64,000 nt of DNA from Clostridia bacterium (GCA_017631855.1 JAGBSP010000064.1:7809-71808), one strand, 5' to 3'; shown: positions 54,126-62,994, counted from the first letter of the stretch. A program made the numbers and translations. The notes: generated from the letters alone by a model not told the origin.

Positions 54126-54758
54126 TTATTCGTTTTTTTCCTTGATCAAAATCAAATCTTCCGCATACGGAAGCGATTTGATCCAATCACACATCGTATG
54201 CCATTCGGCAAGCTTGTGCGTCTTTCTTGCGTAGTACATATTAATGAGATTTTCGTAGTTCATCGTCACGGTTCTCATTTGATTATAAGAGGAAGGCAGC
54301 AACTGAATCATATTGTGCCACGGCTGACGGTTTTCCTTGTTTTCGCAGAATTTTTGGCGCTCCGCTTCGAGATACGCGATCAGCGCATCAAGTGCGGCAA
54401 GACCTTCCTCATCCAAGCGATCACAAGAAAAATCCTCTCTTCCAAACGGCTTTGTATGAATTTTATGCATCGTACTGCAAGAATTTGCTACGGTGCCAAC
54501 CTTATAAGTATCAAACTCCTTCCACCAATACAGCGGCGCGGTGATATCTACCGTCACAAAGATCTGGCGGAGATATTTGCGGTGATCGCTCCCTGCACGA
54601 GCTAAGCGCTTGGCAAGATCGAGATCATTCGGGCCAAAGACAAACTGTCCCTTTTCGTCGTAAAAGCTATCCATTCTATCCCAGCTATTCATCGGGTTTC
54701 TGGCACCGCGAATGGCATTTTCAAAGTTCATTACGGAGCTTCGTTCGATCGTAATCAT
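54126..54758 (-). CDS. ThyX-fold-like protein lacking the RHRxxS signature
   Basis: 210 aa from ATG 54756-54758, with GAGGAGG upstream. GSDHRKYLRQIFVTVDITAPLYWWKEFDTYKVG parallels the ThyX helix-strand layout, but DTYK replaces RHR. See findings. Confidence 0.6.
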   Translation of the reverse strand: MITIERSSVMNFENAIRGARNPMNSWDRMDSFYDEKGQFVFGPNDLDLAKRLARAGSDHRKYLRQIFVTVDITAPLYWWKEFDTYKVGTVANSCSTMHKIHTKPFGREDFSCDRLDEEGLAALDALIAYLEAERQKFCENKENRQPWHNMIQLLPSSYNQMRTVTMNYENLINMYYARKTHKLAEWHTMCDWIKSLPYAEDLILIKEKNE

Positions 54759-54768
54759 TTTTTCCTCC

Positions 54769-55071
54769 TCAAATCTCGCAATCGAGAACGACACGGCTCT
54801 CGACCACGTTTCTTACAAAAGAAGCAACCTTTACGTGCTCGGGGTGCTCCGCATAAATCTTTAAGGTATCCAAGCTATCAAATTCGGTCAGGAGCATCAG
54901 ATCCATCGAAGCGTCGGTTCCCTTGACGTCGATACCGATCTCCATTCGCTTGATTTCGGGAATGCTCGGCAAAAGCGCGTACAGCTGTTCGCGTACCGCC
55001 TCCATATTTTCGATCTTCGACATCCCTTCGGCTTCGTTTTTGAATTTCCACATCACCACGTGTCTGACCAT
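54769..55071 (-). CDS. Dabb (stress-responsive alpha/beta barrel) domain protein
   Basis: MVRHVVMWKFK...YAEHPEHVKV; 100 aa. Confidence 0.85.
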   Translation of the reverse strand: MVRHVVMWKFKNEAEGMSKIENMEAVREQLYALLPSIPEIKRMEIGIDVKGTDASMDLMLLTEFDSLDTLKIYAEHPEHVKVASFVRNVVESRVVLDCEI

Positions 55072-55106
55072 ATTTTTTCTCCCTATCCAAAAAAACTAAT
55101 AGATTT

Positions 55107-55134
55107 ATTATAATAATATCATAAAATCGTGCAA
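55107..55134 (-). promoter_or_regulatory. sigma-A promoter of the Dabb / ThyX-like pair
   Basis: On the minus strand: TTGCAC (55129-55134), 16-nt spacer, TATAAT (55107-55112). Confidence 0.5.
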
Positions 55135-55141
55135 AAGTCAA

Positions 55142-55170
55142 TTGACTTTTTTGAAAATCCGTGCTATAAT
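55142..55170 (+). promoter_or_regulatory. sigma-A promoter of trpS
   Basis: TTGACT (55142-55147), 17-nt spacer, TATAAT (55165-55170). It is back to back with the divergent promoter. Confidence 0.6.
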
Positions 55171-55205
55171 GTAAAATGATTATGATTTTATGAGGTTTGA
55201 TACAA

Positions 55206-56204
55206 ATGTTTAACGATCAACTTGTTTCTTTTTCGGGTGTTCAGCCCAGCGGAAACTTAACTATTGGAAACTATCTTGGCGCGATCCGCAACTTTTCCCT
55301 GTATTCGGAAAAGTATAAATGCTTCTACTGCGTGGTGGACGAGCATGCAATTACCGTTCGACAGACGCCCGCAGATCTTCGCTGCCGTACTTACGAAACG
55401 CTCGCCCTCTATATGGCTTGCGGTCTTGATCCCGAAAAGAATACGCTTTACGTGCAGTCGCACGTACACGAGCACGCAGAGCTTGCTTGGATTCTCAACT
55501 GCTTTACGATGTTCGGTGAGCTTTCGCGTATGACCCAGTTTAAGGATAAGAGCTCGAAGCACGCCGACAATATCAATGCGGGTCTGTTTACCTACCCGAC
55601 GCTGATGGCTGCCGACATTCTGCTCTACCAGACCGACGTCGTTCCCGTAGGAATTGACCAGAAGCAGCACGTTGAGCTGTGTCGCGACATTGCAGAGCGC
55701 TTCAACCAAATTCACCCCGGAACATTTACCGTTCCCGAGCCGATTATGGCATCGTCGGGCAAGAAGATTATGTCGCTTGCCGAGCCGACCAAGAAGATGT
55801 CCAAATCCGACGAAAACACCAACGCTGTCGTTTATATTCTCGACGACCGCGACACAATTATTCGCAAATTCAAGCGTGCCGTCACCGATTCCGACACCTG
55901 CGTTCGTTTTGCCGATGGCAAGGACGGCATCAACAACCTGATGACCATCTACTCTTGCTTTACCGACAAGACCTTTGAAGAGATCGAGCGTGAGTTCGAC
56001 GGACGCGGCTACGGTGACTTCAAGATGGCGGTCGGAGAAGTTTGTGCCGATGCCCTTGCTCCCGTTCAGGCAAAATTCAAAGAAATCCTCGCGGACAAGG
56101 CAGGTCTTGAGGCACAGATGAAAAAGGGTGCGGAGGAAGCATCCTACTACGCTCGTAGAACGCTTGGCAAGGTACAGAAAAAGCTCGGCTTCGTCAAGAT
56201 CTAA
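55206..56204 (+). CDS. trpS: tryptophan--tRNA ligase
   Basis: GVQPSGNLTIGNYLG, the KMSKS motif, and a length of about 332 aa. ATG 55206 has GAGG 10 nt upstream; the track's TTG is at 55197. Confidence 0.95.
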   Translation: MFNDQLVSFSGVQPSGNLTIGNYLGAIRNFSLYSEKYKCFYCVVDEHAITVRQTPADLRCRTYETLALYMACGLDPEKNTLYVQSHVHEHAELAWILNCFTMFGELSRMTQFKDKSSKHADNINAGLFTYPTLMAADILLYQTDVVPVGIDQKQHVELCRDIAERFNQIHPGTFTVPEPIMASSGKKIMSLAEPTKKMSKSDENTNAVVYILDDRDTIIRKFKRAVTDSDTCVRFADGKDGINNLMTIYSCFTDKTFEEIEREFDGRGYGDFKMAVGEVCADALAPVQAKFKEILADKAGLEAQMKKGAEEASYYARRTLGKVQKKLGFVKI

Positions 56205-56248
56205 TTTACGCTTTCTATAAAAAATAATATAAAATACTTACGAAAGGT

Positions 56249-57088
56249 ATGGTCTATTTTATGGAACAAACAAAACTCAACCAATTGAAGCAGACCGCTG
56301 CCCAGATCCGTTTGGATATTCTGGAAGAGGTTCACGCTGCAAACTCGGGACATCCCGGTGGATCGCTCTCGATCACTGACATCATTACCTACCTCTACTA
56401 CGAGGAAATGAACGTCAATCCCGCCGATCCGAAGTGGGCAGACAGAGATCGTCTGGTTCTTTCCAAGGGACACACCGCTCCCGCACTCTATGCAGTACTT
56501 GCTGAAAAGGGATATTTCCCCCGCGAAGAGCTGAAGAAGCTCCGTCAGGTAGATTCCTTCCTGCAGGGACACCCCGACATGAAGGGCACGCCCGGTGTTG
56601 ATATGACGACCGGCTCGCTCGGACTTGGCTTCTCTGCCGCTTGCGGTATGGCTCTGTCTGCAAAAATCAATGAAAAATCTTACCGCACCTATGCGATCAT
56701 CGGCGACGGTGAGAGCGAGGAAGGTCAGATTTGGGAGGCTGCAATGTTTGCGGCTCACTACAAGCTCGACAACATCTGCGCGATCTTTGACTGGAACGGC
56801 CTTCAGATCGACGGTCCCGTTGCAGAGGTTATGAACCCCACTCCCTTTGACTCGAAGCTCAAGGCATTTGGCTTCCACGTCATTATGATCGACGGTCACG
56901 ATTTCGAGCAGATTGCTGCCGCTTTTGCAGAGGCAAAGACGGTCAAGGGACAGCCCACGGCGATTATCGCAAAGACCACCAAGGGTAAGGGCGTTTCCTT
57001 TATGGAAAATCAGGTCGGCTGGCACGGCGCTGCTCCGAACGACGAGCAGTATGCAACCGCTGTTGCCGAGATCAAGGCAACGATGTAA
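56249..57088 (+). CDS. transketolase, N-terminal (TPP-binding) subunit
   Basis: SGHPGGSLS, IIGDGESEEGQIWEA, DWNGLQIDG; 279 aa. Split-type transketolase. Confidence 0.93.
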   Translation: MVYFMEQTKLNQLKQTAAQIRLDILEEVHAANSGHPGGSLSITDIITYLYYEEMNVNPADPKWADRDRLVLSKGHTAPALYAVLAEKGYFPREELKKLRQVDSFLQGHPDMKGTPGVDMTTGSLGLGFSAACGMALSAKINEKSYRTYAIIGDGESEEGQIWEAAMFAAHYKLDNICAIFDWNGLQIDGPVAEVMNPTPFDSKLKAFGFHVIMIDGHDFEQIAAAFAEAKTVKGQPTAIIAKTTKGKGVSFMENQVGWHGAAPNDEQYATAVAEIKATM

Positions 57089-57102
57089 GGAGGATTCACA
57101 TC

Positions 57103-58044
57103 ATGGCAGAAAAATTAGCAACAAGAGAAGCCTACGGCAACGCGCTTGCTGAGTTTGGCGACAAATATGATTTCGTAGTGCTTGATGCAGACCTTGCGGC
57201 TGCTACCAAGACGGGCACGTTTAAGAAGAAGTTCCCCGAGCGTTTCTTTGACTGCGGTATCGCTGAAGGTAATATGATCAGCGTAGCGGCAGGTATCGCT
57301 ACCACGGGAACCGTTGTATTCGCATCGTCCTTCGCAATGTTTGCGGCAGGACGTGCCTTCGAGCCGATCCGTAACTCGATCGGTTATCCTCACCTCAACG
57401 TTAAAATCGGTGCAACCCACGCAGGTATCACCGTCGGTGAGGACGGTGCTACCCACCAGTGTAACGAGGATATCGCTCTGATGCGTACCATTCCCGGTAT
57501 GACCATCATCAACCCCGCTGACGCTACCGAAGCAAGAGCTGCCGTGGAAGCGGCAATCAAGTTCCAGGGGCCCGTCTATATGAGATTCGGCCGCTTTGCC
57601 GTTCCCACGCTGTTCGATAAGGACACGTATAACTTTGAGATCGGCAAGGGTGTACAGATGGTTGACGGTAAGGACGTTACCATCGTTGCAACCGGTCTGA
57701 TGGTTCATATGGCAATCGATGCCGCAAAGGTTCTCGCGGAACGCGGAATTTCGGCTCGTGTCATCAACATTCACACCATCAAGCCCATTGACCGCGAGAT
57801 CATTCTCAAGGCAGCGGCTGAGACGGGTGCGATCGTTACTGCTGAGGAGCACTCGATCATCGGCGGTCTCGGATCTGCTGTTTCCGAGGTTGTTTGTGAG
57901 GGCTGTCCTGTTCCCGTCGTCCGCGTTGGCGTTGAAGATCAGTACGGTCATTCGGGCAAGGTTCCGCCCCTGCTCGAGATGTACGGTCTGACCACCGAGA
58001 ACATCGTAGCAAAGGCAGAAGCTGCTATTGCTCTGAAGAAGTAA
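57103..58044 (+). CDS. transketolase, C-terminal (pyrimidine-binding) subunit
   Basis: FDCGIAEGNMISVAAG, GATHQCNEDIALMR; 313 aa. Confidence 0.93.
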   Translation: MAEKLATREAYGNALAEFGDKYDFVVLDADLAAATKTGTFKKKFPERFFDCGIAEGNMISVAAGIATTGTVVFASSFAMFAAGRAFEPIRNSIGYPHLNVKIGATHAGITVGEDGATHQCNEDIALMRTIPGMTIINPADATEARAAVEAAIKFQGPVYMRFGRFAVPTLFDKDTYNFEIGKGVQMVDGKDVTIVATGLMVHMAIDAAKVLAERGISARVINIHTIKPIDREIILKAAAETGAIVTAEEHSIIGGLGSAVSEVVCEGCPVPVVRVGVEDQYGHSGKVPPLLEMYGLTTENIVAKAEAAIALKK

Positions 58045-58059
58045 GAAAAGCCAAACCAA

Positions 58060-58094
58060 AAAAGCACTTGTGAAAGAACTTCACAAGTGCTTTT
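58060..58094 (+). terminator. rho-independent terminator after transketolase
   Basis: AAAAGCACTTGTGAA (58060-58074) pairs with TTCACAAGTGCTTTT (58080-58094), followed by TTTAG. Confidence 0.8.
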
Positions 58095-58117
58095 TTAGTT
58101 AAATTCGTTTTAGGAAC

Positions 58118-58170
58118 ACCTCATCCGTCACGCTTCGCGTGCCACCTTCCCCCGCTGGGGAAGGCTTTCG
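58118..58170. repeat. short GC-rich hairpin element (possible dispersed intergenic repeat)
   Basis: ...CCTCATCCGTCACGCTTCGCGTGCCA CCTTCCCC gct GGGGAAGG CTTTCG, with the stem at 58145-58152 and 58157-58164. It is an isolated GC-rich patch in AT-rich spacer. Only one copy is seen in this window. Confidence 0.35.
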
Positions 58171-58207
58171 ATTCACCGTTTCCATATCAGTAATAATTAT
58201 TTATAGC

Positions 58208-58501
58208 TTAATATTCAATTTCGAGTTTCACATCATCTGCGACAACCTCAACAATTTTCATTCCTTCAAATTGTTGCATTTTCAAATAGGTATTCTCAAA
58301 CAATTCAGATTGACTGATCTTAATACGAATTTGTCTGCCGTTGGAAAGAGAAAATCTTTTTTCTATGCAAGGCTCCAAAAATTTATCATCTATGGAAATC
58401 AAATTAAACATACTGATCTTATCGACCCCGACAAATAAAACGATTCCCTGTTCAAAACTTTCTTCTTCGAGAATTCCCTTGACGTAATATCTGATTTTCA
58501 T
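58208..58501 (-). CDS. hypothetical protein
   Basis: 97 aa, AT-rich. Starts 4 nt after the XRE gene's stop. No family recognised. Confidence 0.55.
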   Translation of the reverse strand: MKIRYYVKGILEEESFEQGIVLFVGVDKISMFNLISIDDKFLEPCIEKRFSLSNGRQIRIKISQSELFENTYLKMQQFEGMKIVEVVADDVKLEIEY

Positions 58502-58505
58502 ATCG

Positions 58506-58973
58506 TCAAGCCTCTTCTACAGAAATCGTCACCTTGCATTCGCCGGAATCTACGTTCAATAAAGTTCCTCTGGTATCATTTTCGAGCATAGATAGCAATG
58601 CTTCAATTTCTTCCTCAGGCAAACAATCTTTTAACAAAGCATTTCCGAATATCGATTGAATCGCAACAACGGGTAATCTGGTTTTTACATCAACACCGTT
58701 TGTTGGAACCGAAATCGTTAAAATTCTTCGGTCATCTTCCGATACATTTATACCAATTTCTTGATGTTTCTCAGTTGTGAAATCACCGTATAATGCATCA
58801 ATACTTACATCAAGCACTTTCGCAAGATTAGGCAAAAGCATTACATCTGGCATCGTCTGTTCGGTTTCCCATTTTGAAACTGCTTGATTCGATACACCGA
58901 GCAAAACTCCCAATTCGGCTTGTGTCAATCCTTTTTCTTTTCTAAAATAAGCAATGTTTTTTCCAAGCGGCAT
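58506..58973 (-). CDS. XRE-family HTH transcriptional regulator with C-terminal domain of unknown function
   Basis: NIAYFRKEKGLTQAELGVLLGVSNQAVSKWETEQTMPDV HTH_3 motif; 155 aa. RBS AAAGGTGGA. Confidence 0.85.
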   Translation of the reverse strand: MPLGKNIAYFRKEKGLTQAELGVLLGVSNQAVSKWETEQTMPDVMLLPNLAKVLDVSIDALYGDFTTEKHQEIGINVSEDDRRILTISVPTNGVDVKTRLPVVAIQSIFGNALLKDCLPEEEIEALLSMLENDTRGTLLNVDSGECKVTISVEEA

Positions 58974-59020
58974 ATTTTTTATCCACCTTTAAAATTATTC
59001 AAAAGTACTTTTGTAAATTC

Positions 59021-59050
59021 ATTATATCACAAAAAAACGCTTGTTGTAAA
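59021..59050 (-). promoter_or_regulatory. sigma-A promoter (extended -10) of the XRE gene
   Basis: On the minus strand: TTTACA (59045-59050), 18-nt spacer ending in TGA, TATAAT (59021-59026). Confidence 0.45.
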
Positions 59051-59105
59051 CATAACAAACAGAGATTCGACTTTCAAAAAATCTCTCATTGGTTGGAAAA
59101 GCTAT

Positions 59106-60314
59106 TTACATATCCAAATCACTGTGATAAATCGGATCCTGCCATTCCTCGATACTTCCGTTTTTGAGGAAGCATCTGGGAACACGTTGGTTGAGCGAGC
59201 AAACAATTTCGTAGGAAATTGTTTCGTTTCGTTTCGCGATCGCTTCTGCCGAGCACCGTTCGTCCGCGCCGAACACGGTCACCTCGTCGCCCACATTACA
59301 TGGAAGATCGGTCACGTCGAGCATCGTTTGATCCATACAAACGTTTCCAACGATGGGTGCATATTCCCCCTTCACGAGCATTCCACCACAAGTGCGTCGA
59401 TTGGCTCTCCAAAATCCATCGCCGTAGCCGATCGGCACGGTGGCAATTCTCCTTCGCTCGGCAGCCAAAAATCTTCGTCCGTATCCGACACTTTCTCCCA
59501 CCTCCAGCTCCTTGATATGAGAAATCACGCTCTTCAGCGTCATCACGGGAGAAAGCTCGGTAGCTCCCGGTAATTGGGAAGCAAGCCCATAAAGCACGAT
59601 GCCCAAACGAACCATGTTAAAGGACGGAGCGCTATTTTTAAGCGTCGCCGCACTATTGGCGCAGTGGCGGATATCAAAGGTAAGACCTTGTCCTGCAAGA
59701 TATTCAACCGATTGCTCAAAGAGTAACCTTTGTTCCTCCGTAAATTCTTCTCCTTCCTCACTCGGATCATCTGCCGTTGCAAAATGTGTAAAAATTCCTT
59801 CGGGGAAAAACTCTTTTCGCTGGCAAATTTCAATCACTTGATTCAGTTCATCCGCACCGTTCTTTCGATAAAGAAAGCCAATTCGTCCCATACCGGTATC
59901 TAACTTGATATGAATTTTCAGTTGTACCCCTGCCCTTTTTGCGGCATCGGCAAGACGCGTTCCATAGTCATAAGAATAAACGCATTGTGTAATCTTGTGC
60001 TCTGCCAGAATGGAGGCACACTCCTCAGGAGTATATCCAAGAATGAGAATCGGAAGCGCAATTCTATTCTCTCGAAGCTGCAATGCTTCTTCGATATTGG
60101 AAACGGCAAGATAGTCCGCACCAAGCTTCTCGTATAGCTTTGCCATTGGAACGGCACCGTGACCGTATGCGTTTGCTTTGATAACACAACAAATTTTACA
60201 TTTGGGAGAGATATTCTCTTTCAACGCCAAATAATTTTGCTCTGCCCGTTCCAGATCAATTTCAGCCCAGCTTCGACGCCGAATCCCTGATACGAATCTT
60301 TCGTTATTTATCAC
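59106..60314 (-). CDS. alr: alanine racemase
   Basis: CCVIKANAYGHG (PLP Lys) and the C-terminal GYGDG...VCMDQ motif. 402 aa, GTG start. Confidence 0.93.
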   Translation of the reverse strand: MINNERFVSGIRRRSWAEIDLERAEQNYLALKENISPKCKICCVIKANAYGHGAVPMAKLYEKLGADYLAVSNIEEALQLRENRIALPILILGYTPEECASILAEHKITQCVYSYDYGTRLADAAKRAGVQLKIHIKLDTGMGRIGFLYRKNGADELNQVIEICQRKEFFPEGIFTHFATADDPSEEGEEFTEEQRLLFEQSVEYLAGQGLTFDIRHCANSAATLKNSAPSFNMVRLGIVLYGLASQLPGATELSPVMTLKSVISHIKELEVGESVGYGRRFLAAERRRIATVPIGYGDGFWRANRRTCGGMLVKGEYAPIVGNVCMDQTMLDVTDLPCNVGDEVTVFGADERCSAEAIAKRNETISYEIVCSLNQRVPRCFLKNGSIEEWQDPIYHSDLDM

Positions 60315-60317
60315 GGT

Positions 60318-61280
60318 TCAATTTCCTTTCTGTTCATAAGCCTCATAAGCCAAAAAAACGATTCGCTCGGTCAATTCCTCAAAGGAAATACCGACCGATC
60401 TTGCCGAGTCTGGGAAAAGGCTCATTTCGGTCATTCCGGGCAAGGTGTTAATTTCAATGATCATCGGCTCGTCATCTCGGGACAAAATAAAGTCAATTCT
60501 TGCAAGTCCGCGACAGCCAAGCACGCGATATGCCTCGCTTCCGATTTTTTCAATCTTCGCACGTGCCGTTTCGGAAATTCTGGCAGGAAGAATATGGTGG
60601 CACATTCCTGCGGTATATTTTGCCTCATAATCGTAAAACTCGTTCTCCGAGGTGATTTCAATCACGGGAAGTACTGTCAGCTCATTGTTTCCGAGAATCG
60701 GAAGCGTCAATTCCACACCGTCCACAAATTCTTCCGCAAGAAGATCATCTCCCAGAGCAAAGATTTTTTGAATGGCCACAAGAAGCTCTTCCTCTTTTTT
60801 GATGATGTAAACGCCAACGCTCGAGCCCTGCGAGGGAGATTTTACTACCATCGGCAAGTCGACACACCGCAAAAGCTCTTCTTTGGTTACCGTCAGATCC
60901 TTGCAATCGGCGCGTCTGAGCGTCACAAATCTCGGTGTCGGAAGTCCCGCAAATCGAAGAATTTCTTTGGTTCGAATCTTATTCATACAAATGGCACTTG
61001 CTTCGACCGACGAACCTGTGTACGGCACACCCATCAGATCCAGCACGCCTTGAATTCGCCCGTCTTCCCCACCCCATCCGTGTAATGCGAGATAGGCGAC
61101 GTCCATCGGGATTGTGAAAAGCTCTGCAAGATTGTGCTCTGTCAGATCGAAGAGGCTTGTATTTCGATATCCTTGGCGGACAAGCGCATCAAACACGGCT
61201 TTGCCGCTTCGCAAGGACACCTCTCGCTCCGAGGAAACACCTCCGTAGATCACGACGATCTTTAAATCCTTTTGATTCAT
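60318..61280 (-). CDS. ddl: D-alanine--D-alanine ligase
   Basis: VIYGGVSSEREVSLRSG, LALHGWGGEDGRIQGVLDLMGVPYTGS, and the ATP-grasp core; 320 aa. Confidence 0.95.
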   Translation of the reverse strand: MNQKDLKIVVIYGGVSSEREVSLRSGKAVFDALVRQGYRNTSLFDLTEHNLAELFTIPMDVAYLALHGWGGEDGRIQGVLDLMGVPYTGSSVEASAICMNKIRTKEILRFAGLPTPRFVTLRRADCKDLTVTKEELLRCVDLPMVVKSPSQGSSVGVYIIKKEEELLVAIQKIFALGDDLLAEEFVDGVELTLPILGNNELTVLPVIEITSENEFYDYEAKYTAGMCHHILPARISETARAKIEKIGSEAYRVLGCRGLARIDFILSRDDEPMIIEINTLPGMTEMSLFPDSARSVGISFEELTERIVFLAYEAYEQKGN

Positions 61281-61338
61281 TCTATTCTTTCTTCTCCTAA
61301 GAGTAATCTACTGTTCAGTATATGCTGATCGGGGCGGA

Positions 61339-62994
61339 TTAGTTCCCCGCCGCTTGCTTGGCAATCGTCGAAAGTCTGTGCATAACGTCGTTTTCTCCTC
61401 TGCCAAAATAATCGTGTAGCCTCAGATACTCCTCGTACAAGGTGTCGTATCGCTTCACGTTTTCTTCGATGGGATGATAGGTCTTTCCCGTCGTCACCGC
61501 AAGCGCACGCACCGCTTCACGGATATCTTCATAAGCGCCCCCCGCGACTGCCGCGTAAAGCGCACTGCCGCGCGACGCCGACATAGTAGCATCCGACACG
61601 GTAATCGGTCTTCCAAGCACGTCGGCATAGATCTGCACGAGCATCTCGTTCTTTTCGGCAATTCCACCCGAAGCAACGATACGGTCCACCCTCATTTCGT
61701 GCGCCACAAAATTATCAACGATCACGCGCGTACCGTACGCCGTGGCTTCGATCAAGGCACGATAAATCTCCTCAGGACGCGTACGAAGCGTCATTCCGAG
61801 AATCATTCCCTTCAGATCCGAATCGGACAAAACACAGCGGTTTCCGTTAAACCAATCGAGCGCCAGAAGTCCGCTCTCCCCCACCGCAAGCTTGCTTGCC
61901 TTTTCGGTGAGAAGCTGATGAATTCCGATTCCATTTTCCTGAGCTTCGATTTCGTAAGCCGCAGGAACAGAATTTTTGACAAACCAATCAAAGTGGTCGC
62001 CACAGCACGCAGATCCCGCCTCGTGCATATACAGTCCCGGAATGACGCCGCCCAGCACCGAGCCGCAAATTCCGGATATTTTCTTCTTTTCCTTGGTTTG
62101 AAGCATCAGCACAGAGGAGGTTCCGAGAATCAGCATCATCGATCCCTCATCGGTCAATCCCACCGCAGGCATCGACGCGTGCGCGTCAAGCAGAGGCACC
62201 GAAATCGGTGTACCAACGGGAAGTCCCGTCAACTCCGCGCCTTTTTGGGAAAGTTTTCCCGCCACTCCGTCCAAGCCGATCAACGTCTTAGAAAGCTTTG
62301 TGCCTACAATGTTTTTCATTTCGAGATCGAGAGAGGCAAAATATTCTTCCGTGGGATATCCGTCAACCTCATTCCAAAGTGCCTTGTATCCCGCAAACGG
62401 AATACTGTGCACCTCTTGGTCTGTCAGAATCCACGTCAGCCAATCGGCGGCTTCGAGGAAGCGTTCCGTATCGTGATACACCTTGGGAGACTCCCGAAGA
62501 ATCTGCAAAATCTTGGGAATCATCCACTCCGCCGAAATTTTTCCGCCGTAGCCGTCTAGCCACGGCTCGTTGCGCTCGACGGCAATTTTCGTGCAATCGT
62601 CGGCTTCCTTTTGACAAGCATTATGCTTCCAAAGCTTGACGTAGGCATTCGGCTCGTTTTGGTATTGTTCAAAAAAGCAAAGCGGCGTGGCATTTTTATC
62701 GACAGGAAGCATCGTACAACCCGTAAAGTCATACCCGAGCCCGATCACCTCTTCCGGAGAAACGTCCGCCTCACGCAAAACCGAGCGAATTGCGGTTTGA
62801 AGCACACCAAGATAGTCCTCGGGATGCTGAAGCGCCGTGTTGATCGGCAGAATTTTACCGTTTAATTTCTCATCGATCACGGCGTGAGGATAGGTATATA
62901 CCGAAGAAGCCAAAACCTCACCCGTCTGAACATCCATCAATACGGCTCTGCCCGAAAGGGTTCCAAAATCAATTCCTATCGTGTACCGATTCAT
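61339..62994 (-). CDS. araB: ribulokinase (FGGY family)
   Basis: YTIGIDFGTLSGRAVLMDVQTGE..., KLWKHNACQKEA, GLLALDWFNGNR, ASGGIAEKN. Close collinear resemblance to B. subtilis AraB; 551 aa. Confidence 0.88.
   Translation of the reverse strand: MNRYTIGIDFGTLSGRAVLMDVQTGEVLASSVYTYPHAVIDEKLNGKILPINTALQHPEDYLGVLQTAIRSVLREADVSPEEVIGLGYDFTGCTMLPVDKNATPLCFFEQYQNEPNAYVKLWKHNACQKEADDCTKIAVERNEPWLDGYGGKISAEWMIPKILQILRESPKVYHDTERFLEAADWLTWILTDQEVHSIPFAGYKALWNEVDGYPTEEYFASLDLEMKNIVGTKLSKTLIGLDGVAGKLSQKGAELTGLPVGTPISVPLLDAHASMPAVGLTDEGSMMLILGTSSVLMLQTKEKKKISGICGSVLGGVIPGLYMHEAGSACCGDHFDWFVKNSVPAAYEIEAQENGIGIHQLLTEKASKLAVGESGLLALDWFNGNRCVLSDSDLKGMILGMTLRTRPEEIYRALIEATAYGTRVIVDNFVAHEMRVDRIVASGGIAEKNEMLVQIYADVLGRPITVSDATMSASRGSALYAAVAGGAYEDIREAVRALAVTTGKTYHPIEENVKRYDTLYEEYLRLHDYFGRGENDVMHRLSTIAKQAAGN

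Noticed and set aside
56201-58059. Two long minus-strand ORFs (274 aa and 314 aa) opposite the transketolase genes.
   Set aside because: The transketolase subunits on the plus strand carry diagnostic TPP and pyrimidine-binding motifs, so the minus-strand ORFs are shadows.
58139-58438. A 99-aa plus-strand ORF starting MPPSPAGEGF.
   Set aside because: It begins inside the GC-rich hairpin element and then runs antisense to the 97-aa minus-strand gene. It has no RBS.
61474-62559. A 361-aa plus-strand ORF.
   Set aside because: It is antisense to araB. Its Arg/His-rich composition is typical of the reverse frame of a GC-richer gene.
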